Positions 20,901-29,067 of a DNA stretch of 64,000 nt are shown here, piece by piece. Position 1 is the first letter of the stretch. Every line of letters begins with the position of its first letter. Made by a program: the position numbers and the translations under genes. The DNA comes from Candidatus Krumholzibacteriia bacterium (GTDB lineage Bacteria; Krumholzibacteriota; Krumholzibacteriia; JAJRXK01), in NCBI GenBank assembly GCA_041484665.1, contig JBGPIA010000007.1, positions 64,001 to 128,000 on the forward strand. Reading direction: 5' to 3'. Below the pieces are notes generated by a model. The model saw nothing but the letters and a program-made list of their open reading frames with translations, did not search any database and was not told the DNA's origin.

Positions 20901-21014
20901 CGGCCAGGGCTGCTTCGCGGCGCCCAGGCGCGACGCGCCGGGCAGCGCGACGCACGCGGCGGCGAAGTGCATCGCGAGCAGGAGCCTTCGGTCGAGACGG
21001 CGGGTCGAGTGCAC
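17997..21014 (-). CDS. S8 family serine peptidase, tripeptidyl-peptidase II-like
   Basis: Triad VLDTGVD, HGSHVAGI, GTSMASP; SAGNQGP oxyanion; long Asp-His insertion; GGAGG before GTG. Confidence 0.9.
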   Translation of the reverse strand: MHSTRRLDRRLLLAMHFAAACVALPGASRLGAAKQPWPFLPIEDVGARRFHEQHPQWDGRGALVAVLDTGVDMGIPGLTQTSEGLVKVIDARDFSGQGKVELSPAKWVEGQSPRVLEVADGLWLSGFDQLPLAPADSGLVWTGVLSEAGMVNNEGTRDLDDNGNESDRWGFVVFAAKREAAVAKLGGGRGVQERRAWSERARQTEDRIARAPRVWVCALDRDRDGRLDGEALLRDYTVDYDTIDLRDPATKDSRRVLTLALDLRGDEQPQLSFHYDETGHGSHVAGIAAGWRVHGQEGMDGVAAGARVISCKVGDSRMAGGSSRTETMKKAFEYVARFLKDYDVPVVINMSYGIGSESEGDTAIDKFLDELLDKTSMLVIVTSAGNQGPGISSVGTPADADGVIACAALLTKEAGSALHGGGLVRDELYAFSSRGGDLAKPDVAAPGGASSTVPLFESRHDLYTGTSMASPHTAGSVACILGALRGQNKGYTFGTIKRALRATAKPLPGYSRLDVGAGVVDLPAAYETAAALADAGEAQRVTLYKVRTEAPLQRDGEGPAAYWRMGSYVPQPPRAQTFTITPRFADGCTKDERNRFYRAFTLTADSPWIRLDRGETYIAGEGPATVKLTYDPRALQKPGVYVGTVTGRVKGAARSGPAAQEFELQVTVVRPFEFTAAEGYERQWKAGTLTPGALERRFVRVPPGACAMEVELAVPEGKDGRVHAAIHDPQGRLIDFIGWASSTETRKVSRVFAGAELTPGVWEIVTVSGFSPAITSTYDLRARFEGFAVSPPAVERLSFAQPGEQPKTELELTALFDEPFRGTAAGEINQYRRARTVEVKGTDSWSYEFPVDDTIARVEFEIELPREVYDRMTDVPIVIRDAAGKFVVRDGLGYRKTTVALDAPVAGHYTLVVEGGFTHAKDKESWTFQLVERFVRKNSVALTGTVHDAAAFDLYPDAPAPLSVQAGAPPPVAPDGFVNGGELRLLDRDGSRVRLRVPVRLGAAP

Positions 21015-21281
21015 GTTGGCCTCCCGGGTCGCAGGGGTCGCCCAGTCCGTCAAGGCCGCATCGGCCGCGCCGGTCGCCCAGCGCCGCGGATAACACGGGA
21101 AAGGCCGCTCCGCGGGAAGCACGGATCGCGCGGGGCCTGGCGCGCCGGGCGTGGCGCGCGGGACGCAGACGGCCTCCCAAACCCAGCGATCCTAAGCGCT
21201 GAGGCAGCGTGGGCGCAAAGAGGCAGTGCGGACGTCCATTCTGGCGCAGGCGGCGTGGCGATGAGCAGGCTCTCTTGCCCG

Positions 21282-21314
21282 AAACAGTGACGGGTCCCCT
21301 GGGGGACCCGTCAC
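21282..21314 (-). terminator. Intrinsic terminator-like hairpin
   Basis: GTGACGGGTCCC / GGGACCCGTCAC 12-bp stem (21287-21314) followed by TGTTT on the minus strand. Confidence 0.6.
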
Positions 21315-21592
21315 CGCTCTCTCTCTCATGGGAGCCCCCTGCTGGTTCGGCCGGGGCTCCTACGCTCTCTGACTCACCTCGACTCGACGCTCTTCGCCTC
21401 CACCCTGGGGCGGGACACCACCTTCGGACGGAAGGCCCGGGCCGCCGCCACAGCGACGTCCGGGGCCGGGTCCAGCCGGTGCGCCACCTGGCGCGCTGGC
21501 GTTGGACACCTGGGTGTCCCCTCCTTGGGACAGCCCCGGCGGCCGGCTCCCCCCGCACCGGCCGGGGGCCAGGGGCGGGGGGAGAGCCAACC
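21282..21592 (-). ncRNA. Candidate structured non-coding RNA, family unrecognised
   Basis: Dense array of stems with G-U wobbles that form only on the minus strand, ending at the terminator hairpin; no convincing ORF. Confidence 0.4.
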
Positions 21593-21770
21593 AACTTCGT
21601 ATCAAGAACTTCCGGAGCCGTGTCGAGTGATGGACCGAAGAGGTTCCGGGAGCGCGGATACGAACCTGCCAGGGGACTATCACAACGCGTGCCAGGCGGA
21701 GCGCGGGCGGTGGCGTGCGGCAAGATGGGGCGCGTTCGGCCTCAACCTTGCAGGGCTCACCGCTTCGACC

Positions 21771-22733
21771 ATGAGCATCTCCACGCGCTCATCCCTGCAT
21801 GTCCTATTGCAGGAGAGCCCATTCCAGCACGAGCACGCCGCGGTCGCAGCGGCTGGTTCGCTGCCCGAGGGCGAGTGGTTGGCCGAGGCCCTGCTCGCGC
21901 GCACCCCGCGTGTCATGGCCCGTCGGGACTGCCCGCGTGGCGACCTGACCTGGGAGTCGGCCACGGCGCGCGCGGATACCGCGGCTGGCGCCGCCCTCGT
22001 GAGCGCAGCCGGTCACCGCTGGCGAGAGGAGGCCGCCGCGGGGGCGCTCTACCAGTTCAGCGACATGGGGCAGGCCCTCATCTCGCTGCGCTGGGGGATC
22101 GTCGCGGGAGAGGCTATGCCCGAGGAGGAGCTCGATGCGCTGCGCACCTCGCTGGGAGCGGGCATCGTCTTGGAGCAACAGAATCATCTGGTTCCCAAGC
22201 TGCCCTGCGAGATCCCCCGCGAGGGGCCGGAGCCGAACCAGGAGTTGCTCCTGCACGGCGTGGTCGAGGGCAAGGTGGCGATGGCCGGAGCGCTGGCCGC
22301 GACGGCCACGGGCCAACAGGACGTGCGGCGACTCGCGCTGCGCCTGCTGGAGGAGTCGTCCTCGTGGGTGCGGACCGGGCAGCCCAACGATCTGTGCGAC
22401 GTCCATCTGCTGACCCTAGGCGAAGCGATCGTCTTCCTGACCTCCTGCGACTTGCCGCCGCACCGCACTCAGCAGGCGCTCGCTCAGTACGCAGCGTACG
22501 TCGCCTGGTACCGCAACGAGCGGCTGGATGCCGCGCCTCTGGTGACGCGACCGCGCGCGGCCTGGTGGGACGAGCACGTGGCCAAGCTAGAGGCCCCGCA
22601 GTGGCGCACGCGCATCGTGTGGATCCACCGGGTAAAGCTGCTGGCCGCGGCGCGGGCGCTGCGCGGTCAGATCGACCGCAACGTCGAGGGGAGCTTCCAG
22701 CGGGCGCTCGACCTGCTGGAGCAGATGGACTAG
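21771..22733 (+). CDS. Hypothetical soluble protein
   Basis: Gene-like codon usage from MSISTRS; no motif recognised. Confidence 0.7.
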   Translation: MSISTRSSLHVLLQESPFQHEHAAVAAAGSLPEGEWLAEALLARTPRVMARRDCPRGDLTWESATARADTAAGAALVSAAGHRWREEAAAGALYQFSDMGQALISLRWGIVAGEAMPEEELDALRTSLGAGIVLEQQNHLVPKLPCEIPREGPEPNQELLLHGVVEGKVAMAGALAATATGQQDVRRLALRLLEESSSWVRTGQPNDLCDVHLLTLGEAIVFLTSCDLPPHRTQQALAQYAAYVAWYRNERLDAAPLVTRPRAAWWDEHVAKLEAPQWRTRIVWIHRVKLLAAARALRGQIDRNVEGSFQRALDLLEQMD

Positions 22734-22903
22734 CCTCGCTCTCCAAGCCCTCCACGCGACCGGCGCACGCCGATCAGCGGACCCCCGCGGACGATCCCCG
22801 CGGACGCTGCGCCAGCGCGGGTCGTGCGGGGTGTGCTCGGCGCCCCCGGCGCACTGCCGCGCGGGCTGCCCGCTCCCGGTGACGATCCTCGCCCAGAGCT
22901 TCG

Positions 22904-24265
22904 ATGTTCCTCCACGGCGTCTTGCGCTGGGTCTCGCGCTGGCTCTCGCGCTTGGCTGTCCAGCGCGCGCAGCGCGAAGCTGTGGGCGCGCCGCGGCGCC
23001 GGTACGCGGCCGGCCGGCGATCGGCGTGGGTCCTGGCGATCGCCGCCGGCGTGATGGCGGCCTCGTATCTGTACGTGCTGTCGGGCCTGCTGAACGTCGC
23101 GCCCGCAACGTCCATCGTCACGCGTCTCGACGTTCTGTTTTCCTCCGATCTCGCCCTGCGTGTCTTCAACCTGACGGGCGCGACCGACTCGACCCAGGAG
23201 CTGCGCGAGCACCGGATCTCGCTTCCCCACCCGCTCATGAACCCGATCTGGGGGACGGCTGGCGGCCTCGTCTTCCACCTCCTGCCGGGCCCGGCGCCGG
23301 GGCCCGCCCGCCGCTTCGTCGCTGCGCGGCTGCTCGTCGCGATCATCGCGGCAACGGGGATCGCGGCGCTGGTCTCGCTGGGCCACTCCCTGGGAATCCC
23401 TTTGCCATTGACCGTGCTGTTGCTCGCACACTATCTGGCCTTCACCGCGAACGCCCTGGTCGCGCTGCCGGATCACATGGGGATCTCCAGCGGGCTGCTC
23501 ACGCTGTGCTTCTGCGTGTGGGCCCGCAGCGAAGGGCGCCGCCGGGGAGCCGCGCTCGCCGGGCTCGCAGTGTTGTGCGGCGGTACTACGATCACCAACG
23601 GGATCTTTCCCGGCGGTCTGTGGCTCTCCACGCGACTCGAGCGCCGGATGGCCGCAACCGCGGGCCGCAAGCTGCGCCGCCGCAGCGTCTGGGTCGCCAT
23701 GCTGCTGGGCTTGGCGACCCTCGGGTCGATCGCGAGCGTGAAGGCTGTTGCGCACCTCCGGGGCGAGGCCCTCATCTACCGGCATATGAATCCGCGGATT
23801 CTCCACGACCCGATCGCGGGGCTGCGTCTTATACCTGCCGCGCTGGTGTACCCGGCGGTCGGACCCACTCCCCATACGGTCGTGTCCGGGAGTTCACTCG
23901 CGTTGACGTACGAGCCGCTCGACTTCCGCGGCTATGGACCGGCCCAGGGACTGGCCGCGATCGCTTGGGCCACTCTGTTGGCGCTTGCCGCCACGTGCGC
24001 GCTGAGAGACCGGACTGTGCGGAAGTGGGCGTTGGCGGCGGCGGCGTGGATCGGGTTCAACATCGCGTTCCACAGTGTGTGGGGCGACGAGCTGTTTCTC
24101 TTCACTCCCCACTGGTCGTGGGCGCTCATGTCCATCGTCGTGCTGGGGGCGGCGCGGGCTCGGCGCCCGCGCGTGAGCGTGTTGATGGGCGCGCTGATGC
24201 TGGTGTCCCTGGTCGGTCAGGTGACCACGCTGTGCCACATCGTCCAGGCCGTCGCCACCCTGTAG
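22904..24265 (+). CDS. Hypothetical polytopic membrane protein
   Basis: About 9-10 hydrophobic segments, conserved-looking loops HPLMNPIW, PDHMGIS, GDELFLFTPHW. Confidence 0.75.
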   Translation: MFLHGVLRWVSRWLSRLAVQRAQREAVGAPRRRYAAGRRSAWVLAIAAGVMAASYLYVLSGLLNVAPATSIVTRLDVLFSSDLALRVFNLTGATDSTQELREHRISLPHPLMNPIWGTAGGLVFHLLPGPAPGPARRFVAARLLVAIIAATGIAALVSLGHSLGIPLPLTVLLLAHYLAFTANALVALPDHMGISSGLLTLCFCVWARSEGRRRGAALAGLAVLCGGTTITNGIFPGGLWLSTRLERRMAATAGRKLRRRSVWVAMLLGLATLGSIASVKAVAHLRGEALIYRHMNPRILHDPIAGLRLIPAALVYPAVGPTPHTVVSGSSLALTYEPLDFRGYGPAQGLAAIAWATLLALAATCALRDRTVRKWALAAAAWIGFNIAFHSVWGDELFLFTPHWSWALMSIVVLGAARARRPRVSVLMGALMLVSLVGQVTTLCHIVQAVATL

Positions 24266-24332
24266 CACCCAGCCGAGCAGCGTATCGAGTTGCGCTGACC
24301 CGCCCCGCAGGCCGTCGCCGGCACGTAGCGGA

Positions 24333-25718
24333 TCAGCGCGTCGACTCCACGGAGACGGGCGCGATCGCCGCGACCAGGCGGCGGTTTTCCCGCCCGACCG
24401 CCGCCGCCAGCACGATCCAGACCGCGACCAGCGCCAGGTTGAACAGTGCGAACTCCCTGGTCCCGAGCCTCATGCGGCTGGCGCCCACGAACACCAGCAG
24501 CGCCGAGAGCACGTCGCCCGCCCGCCAGAAGAAAGTATCGATGGCCTGCTTGGCCTTGTACTTCTCCTCGCGCGTCGTGGGCAGGAACAGCACGTGGCGC
24601 ACGGTGTTCTGCAATGAGTAGTCGGTGGCATTCTCGGCGGTCTTGACCCAGCGCACCACCGAGAGCACCGGATACAGTGCGAGCAGCCCGTAGCCCGTGA
24701 GCGCGATGGCCGGCAAGATGAGGATCGCCACGCGCACGCCCAGGTACTTCAGCACGCGCGACACGACGAACAGCTGGATCAACACCCCGGCCACGTTGAC
24801 GACGAGCTGGAAGCCCGAGTAGAAACGGCCGATGAACTGCTCCTCGGTCAGCCCGCCCGCCGTACCGGCAGCCAGGGCGTCCTTCGCCGCCTGCGCGACC
24901 GTACGCCCCAGCACGTACTCGCCGGTCGTGTTCACCCAGTTGAGCACGAGCATGAGGAAGGCGATCATCAGCAGGTAGCGCGTCCGCCACACCAGCGCGA
25001 ACGCCCCTGCGCCGCCGATGGGGTCCTCGGCGGCCGTGCGACGCCCGTGGGTCGCGGCGGCGGCTCGCCGGCGCTCGCGCGCGTCCACGACGTTGGTCAG
25101 CAACAGGCTGACCGCGAGGATCGCCGCGGCCACCAGCATGAGCTGGTAGACACCCAACGGTGCGATCAGGACTTTGGTGACCGCGCTCCCCAGCACCGCT
25201 CCCAGCGACGCGCCAAAGGCCACGATGGCGAACAGTCGCTTGCCGGCCTGTGGGGTGTAGACGTCGTTCGCAAAGGACCAGAATTGGGAGATCACCATCA
25301 GATTGAAGATCCCCACCCATAGGAAGAACACGATTCCCAGCGGAACCCGCGCGTGCGCCAGCAGATAGAAGACGCCCAGGCAGGCTGTAAAGAACAGCGT
25401 GACGACGTTGATCAGGCGCCGGCGCGGGAAGCGGCTGGCCAGAGCGCCGTACAAGGGCACGGCTCCGCTCAGCAGCACCACCTGCCCTGCCGCGAGGTAG
25501 CTCTTCAGCTCGGCGCCGCCGCCGGAGAGGATCAGCGCCTCACGCACCGGCTTGATGATGTAGTACGCCGTCAGCAGCAGGAAGACGTTCAGCGCCAAGA
25601 GCAGCACCGTCGCGCCCTCGCCGGCGCGCACCTCGGCGAACAACGAGAGCAGGGTGTCCAGGAACGATTTACGCCCCGGGACGCCGCCTGCGTTGGCGGA
25701 GGTGATCGGCCGATGCAT
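24333..25718 (-). CDS. Npt1/Npt2 (TLC) family nucleotide translocase homolog
   Basis: YYIIKPVRE, QFWSFANDVY, KRLFAIV, KTAENATDYSL, LFLPTTREEKYKAKQAIDTFFWRAGD match the ATP/ADP translocase signature. Confidence 0.88.
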   Translation of the reverse strand: MHRPITSANAGGVPGRKSFLDTLLSLFAEVRAGEGATVLLLALNVFLLLTAYYIIKPVREALILSGGGAELKSYLAAGQVVLLSGAVPLYGALASRFPRRRLINVVTLFFTACLGVFYLLAHARVPLGIVFFLWVGIFNLMVISQFWSFANDVYTPQAGKRLFAIVAFGASLGAVLGSAVTKVLIAPLGVYQLMLVAAAILAVSLLLTNVVDARERRRAAAATHGRRTAAEDPIGGAGAFALVWRTRYLLMIAFLMLVLNWVNTTGEYVLGRTVAQAAKDALAAGTAGGLTEEQFIGRFYSGFQLVVNVAGVLIQLFVVSRVLKYLGVRVAILILPAIALTGYGLLALYPVLSVVRWVKTAENATDYSLQNTVRHVLFLPTTREEKYKAKQAIDTFFWRAGDVLSALLVFVGASRMRLGTREFALFNLALVAVWIVLAAAVGRENRRLVAAIAPVSVESTR

Positions 25719-25748
25719 GGGGCCTCCCCTGCCTGGCGTGTCGGCGGC

Positions 25749-27476
25749 CTAGCGTTGCAGGGCCACGACGCGACCGCTGGCCCGGGCGATGTACGCCGTC
25801 ACCGAAGCGCTGAACCCGGACCCGCGGTCGACCTGGCACTCCACGGCGATGAAGGGCGCCTTGGCCGCATCCACAGAGCGCAGCACGTCCGCCGCCGCAC
25901 CCTGGCTAAGCGCAACGGTGGTCCACACCTGATCGAGCCACCCCGTGCCGGCGACGACGTGGCGGCCGGCAGTCACGGCCGCCACGCGGGCGTGGTAGCG
26001 GGGGTGCGTGCCGGGGAAGCTGCCGCGCTCCTCGCCCAGGTCGTGGAAGCCAACCGCCTGCCCGTCGCAGCTGAAGAAGTCCAGCGGCGCGAGGCGCTGA
26101 AAGTAGACGCGCGCGAGCTTGTCGCGACGTTCGGCCAGCGTGCGCGCCATGTAGGCAGCCGCACGCGGATCTTGATACCCGCCCTGCTGGCAGACGGCGC
26201 GCAGGTGCTCGTCGCCCAAGGCCGTGATGATCTTGGTCGCCCAGTAGGCATCGCGGTCGGTGGTATTCGCGAAGGCCGCGTTGGGCTGCAGGCCCTTGAA
26301 GCCGGCCGGGTCGTAGTAGTGGCTCTCGAAGTAGCCCACCTCCTGGAGCTCCGCAGGCCGCTGAATCTTCCGCCAGCCGGGCTCCGTCACCCCCACGGTG
26401 AGAGCGCGCGTCATGAGCGGGATGGGGTCGATGGTGTATTCGAAGCCGTAACGCGGAACCGGACCGAGCGCGCCGGCCCCCATCGTGCTGGCGAAGTCGA
26501 TCAGGTGGTGCTTGACGAAGTGCCGGCCGGCCTCCTCGACGTACATGTCGAGCGTGTTGCCCTGCTTGGCGTCGTAGTGGTTCAGCCAGGAGCAGAAGAT
26601 CTTCAGCCCGCGGATCTCGCGACGGTCCTCGTGGTCGACGCGGTCGTTGGCGTCATCATCGCGCCGCCCCTTCCAGTCGAAGGAGCCCACCGGCTTGCCC
26701 GGGAGGTACCGGCTCGCCAACGCCAGCCACGTCCCTTCCTTCGGCTGGTCGACGCGGCGCAGGATAAGGTCGAGATCGGCATCGGTCATGGGCCGCACGC
26801 GGCCATCGGGCTCCACGAATTTTACGCCCTCACCCAGCACGAGATCCGTGCGGCGGAAGAGCACCGCTTCATCCTCGGGCACATTGAAGCCCGCGGCGTG
26901 GAGCAGCTTGCCGCAGATCACGTCGACGGTGATGGTCATCCCCAGGCAACCCGGCGCATCGAACTTGATCACGTAGACGACGCCTTTGGCGTCGCGGATG
27001 TTGAACCCGGGTGTGACGCCCTCGGTCTTGGCCTTGATCACGGTCCATGGACCGCTACGGTCGGGGCCGCCACCCTCGCCCATTCCGCGCGCCACCTCCT
27101 CGGGCGTCATGGGGAACAGCCCGATGCGGTTGGTGAACCAGGTGGAATTGGGCACCTCGTCGAGCGCGTTCAGGTTCGCCGCAGGCAGCACCTGATCGCC
27201 GCCGAACAGCGTCCTCACGCGGCGCACGGCGCGGCCGGGGTGGGTCAAGCGGCCCAGCGGGCGCACGAATACTTCGTTGGGCCCGTCCCACAGCAGGTTG
27301 GGCTCGCGGGTGCGCGGCAGCGGGATGTCGCGCCGGTCGTCCTCGTACCAGATGACGGGCTCGTCCTGCAGCGGCTCGCCGGCGCGCGCGCGCGGGGCGG
27401 TGGCCAGACCGCCGGCGCACAGCCACGCCAGCAACACGACGGCGCGGTTAGCGGCTGGGAACCGGATCGCGGCCAT
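25749..27476 (-). CDS. Exported protein with atypical (HipA/PI4K-like) kinase-fold motifs
   Basis: Signal peptide ending ARA; EGVTPG, YVIKFD, GFNVP, WLNHYDAKQGN, LIDFAS in kinase order. Confidence 0.65.
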   Translation of the reverse strand: MAAIRFPAANRAVVLLAWLCAGGLATAPRARAGEPLQDEPVIWYEDDRRDIPLPRTREPNLLWDGPNEVFVRPLGRLTHPGRAVRRVRTLFGGDQVLPAANLNALDEVPNSTWFTNRIGLFPMTPEEVARGMGEGGGPDRSGPWTVIKAKTEGVTPGFNIRDAKGVVYVIKFDAPGCLGMTITVDVICGKLLHAAGFNVPEDEAVLFRRTDLVLGEGVKFVEPDGRVRPMTDADLDLILRRVDQPKEGTWLALASRYLPGKPVGSFDWKGRRDDDANDRVDHEDRREIRGLKIFCSWLNHYDAKQGNTLDMYVEEAGRHFVKHHLIDFASTMGAGALGPVPRYGFEYTIDPIPLMTRALTVGVTEPGWRKIQRPAELQEVGYFESHYYDPAGFKGLQPNAAFANTTDRDAYWATKIITALGDEHLRAVCQQGGYQDPRAAAYMARTLAERRDKLARVYFQRLAPLDFFSCDGQAVGFHDLGEERGSFPGTHPRYHARVAAVTAGRHVVAGTGWLDQVWTTVALSQGAAADVLRSVDAAKAPFIAVECQVDRGSGFSASVTAYIARASGRVVALQR

Positions 27477-29067
27477 AGAAGAGCCCACCCCTCATGTATT
27501 GGAAGATCTGGTCGGTGCGGAAGCGGAATACGGGGCCCTCGTTGCTGAAGGCCACCTCCGCCCGCGCGATGATCCCGCGACGCCCCACCAGGCGGAAGCC
27601 GCCGCCGAAGGAGGCGGTCATGGCATCCAGCGCAATCTGCTCCGTCCGCCCGAACACCTGCCCGAAGTCGGCCAGCAGGTACATATCCACGCCCTGGTTC
27701 TGCGGCGCGGCCACCGCGAACCACGGGAAGCGGTACTCCGCGGTGAGCGCCAGCATGCCCTTGTCGCGCCACCGGAAGTCGAGGTAGCCGCGGAATTGGT
27801 CCGGCTCGTAGTTGGTCACCAGACGCTGGAAGGGGATCTGGTCTCCCTGCGTGAGGTCGATCCAGGTGACGTATCCCCGTAGCGCGAGCGCACGCTGCGT
27901 GTACCACAACGGCAGGAACTGCTGCAGCTCCACCCGGTAGGTCAGGAATGAAACGTCCCGCCCGCCGGTTCCATCGAACCACGACACGCGAATGCGGCGC
28001 ACACCGCCGTCCTGCGGCCGCGCGGTGGTGCGGGCGTCCTCGTGCTCCAGCGAGAGCGAGAGGGTCACGCCGTCGGAGCGTTCCCGGTAGCCATACGGCG
28101 GCGTCCCCGCGAAGATCTGCTCGATACTGGGATCGAAGTTCTGGCCCGGACCACGGGTGCTGACGGTCGAGTACAGTCCCTCTGCCTGGAAGGCCAGACC
28201 CGGCGGCCCCAGTGCGCGCCGCCACTCCAGCCCGCTCCACGCCAGCTCGGTGGTGAAGAAGGACTTCTGCTCTTCACCGGCGCCGGGGCCGATTCCGTAG
28301 AAGCGCGTGTTGGGACGCATGCGGTAGCCTCCCGCCAGCGTCCACTGTGAGCTCGACCCCTCGCGCAGCAGCAGCGCGCCGCTGAGTTTGTGGATGCGGG
28401 CCGTGGTACCCTCGTAGCGCAGCTGGGCCTTGTTCGTCGGGCGCAAGACGTTGTTGTGATAGAGCGTGATCCCGCCACCCGTACCGGTCGCGCCCCCAGC
28501 GCGCGCGCTGAGCAGGAACCCGAATGTGAGGACCTTGGGCGAGAGGAGCTCGACCGCCCGTCCGATGACGTGCGTCTCGTCGAGATAGACGACCGTCGCG
28601 CCGACCCCATCGCTGACGAGCTTCAACGGGAACTTGACGACGTCGTATGGGTAGACGAGGGTCTTCTCCCACAGCGGCAGCGGCCGGTTGCGGAAGGGAC
28701 TGCGCAGGGAGTCCGCCGCGGCGGGGATCGTCCCCCACGCGCTGGCGCCGCTGCCCTCGCTTCGGTTGGGGCCTGGCGACCTCGGGATCGACACGGAGTG
28801 GATCGCCGCGACCGCCACTGGCGCAGCAGAAGAGTCTGCGGCCGCCGGCTCTGCGGCGAGAGAGCTTGCCGACGGCGGCGCGCTGGCGGCGACTGGAGGC
28901 TGCGCTGCGGCGAGCGCCCCCACCGCTGACAGTGCGAGCGCTGACGCCAGCGACACGGGCCAATGCGGCGGCGCCGCGAGCCCGAACGCCGACAGTGAGA
29001 ACCATGCGGATCGTGGGCGTTTCCAGGCCGGCCGACGCGAGCAGGACTCCATCACGCGCGACTCCAT
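27448..29067 (-). CDS. Omp85 (BamA/TamA-like) outer-membrane beta-barrel protein
   Basis: Signal peptide, RFYGIG, amphipathic strands, FRGYLDFRWRD (VRGY-like loop), AEYRFP, SFGGGFRL; start uncertain. Confidence 0.8.
   Translation of the reverse strand: MESRVMESCSRRPAWKRPRSAWFSLSAFGLAAPPHWPVSLASALALSAVGALAAAQPPVAASAPPSASSLAAEPAAADSSAAPVAVAAIHSVSIPRSPGPNRSEGSGASAWGTIPAAADSLRSPFRNRPLPLWEKTLVYPYDVVKFPLKLVSDGVGATVVYLDETHVIGRAVELLSPKVLTFGFLLSARAGGATGTGGGITLYHNNVLRPTNKAQLRYEGTTARIHKLSGALLLREGSSSQWTLAGGYRMRPNTRFYGIGPGAGEEQKSFFTTELAWSGLEWRRALGPPGLAFQAEGLYSTVSTRGPGQNFDPSIEQIFAGTPPYGYRERSDGVTLSLSLEHEDARTTARPQDGGVRRIRVSWFDGTGGRDVSFLTYRVELQQFLPLWYTQRALALRGYVTWIDLTQGDQIPFQRLVTNYEPDQFRGYLDFRWRDKGMLALTAEYRFPWFAVAAPQNQGVDMYLLADFGQVFGRTEQIALDAMTASFGGGFRLVGRRGIIARAEVAFSNEGPVFRFRTDQIFQYMRGGLFYGRDPVPSR

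Noticed and set aside
21258..21320. Hammerhead ribozyme-like GATGAG...CGAAAC
   Set aside because: The core reads GCGAUGA rather than CUGANGA, stem II is out of register with GAAA, and no stem I/cleavage triplet was found
21360..21520. Small minus-strand ORF after AAGGAGG, or a tmRNA-like 3' end (CGCCTCCACC)
   Set aside because: The peptide is low-complexity Gly/Pro with no gene-like codon bias; no T-arm, CCA end or tag reading frame for tmRNA
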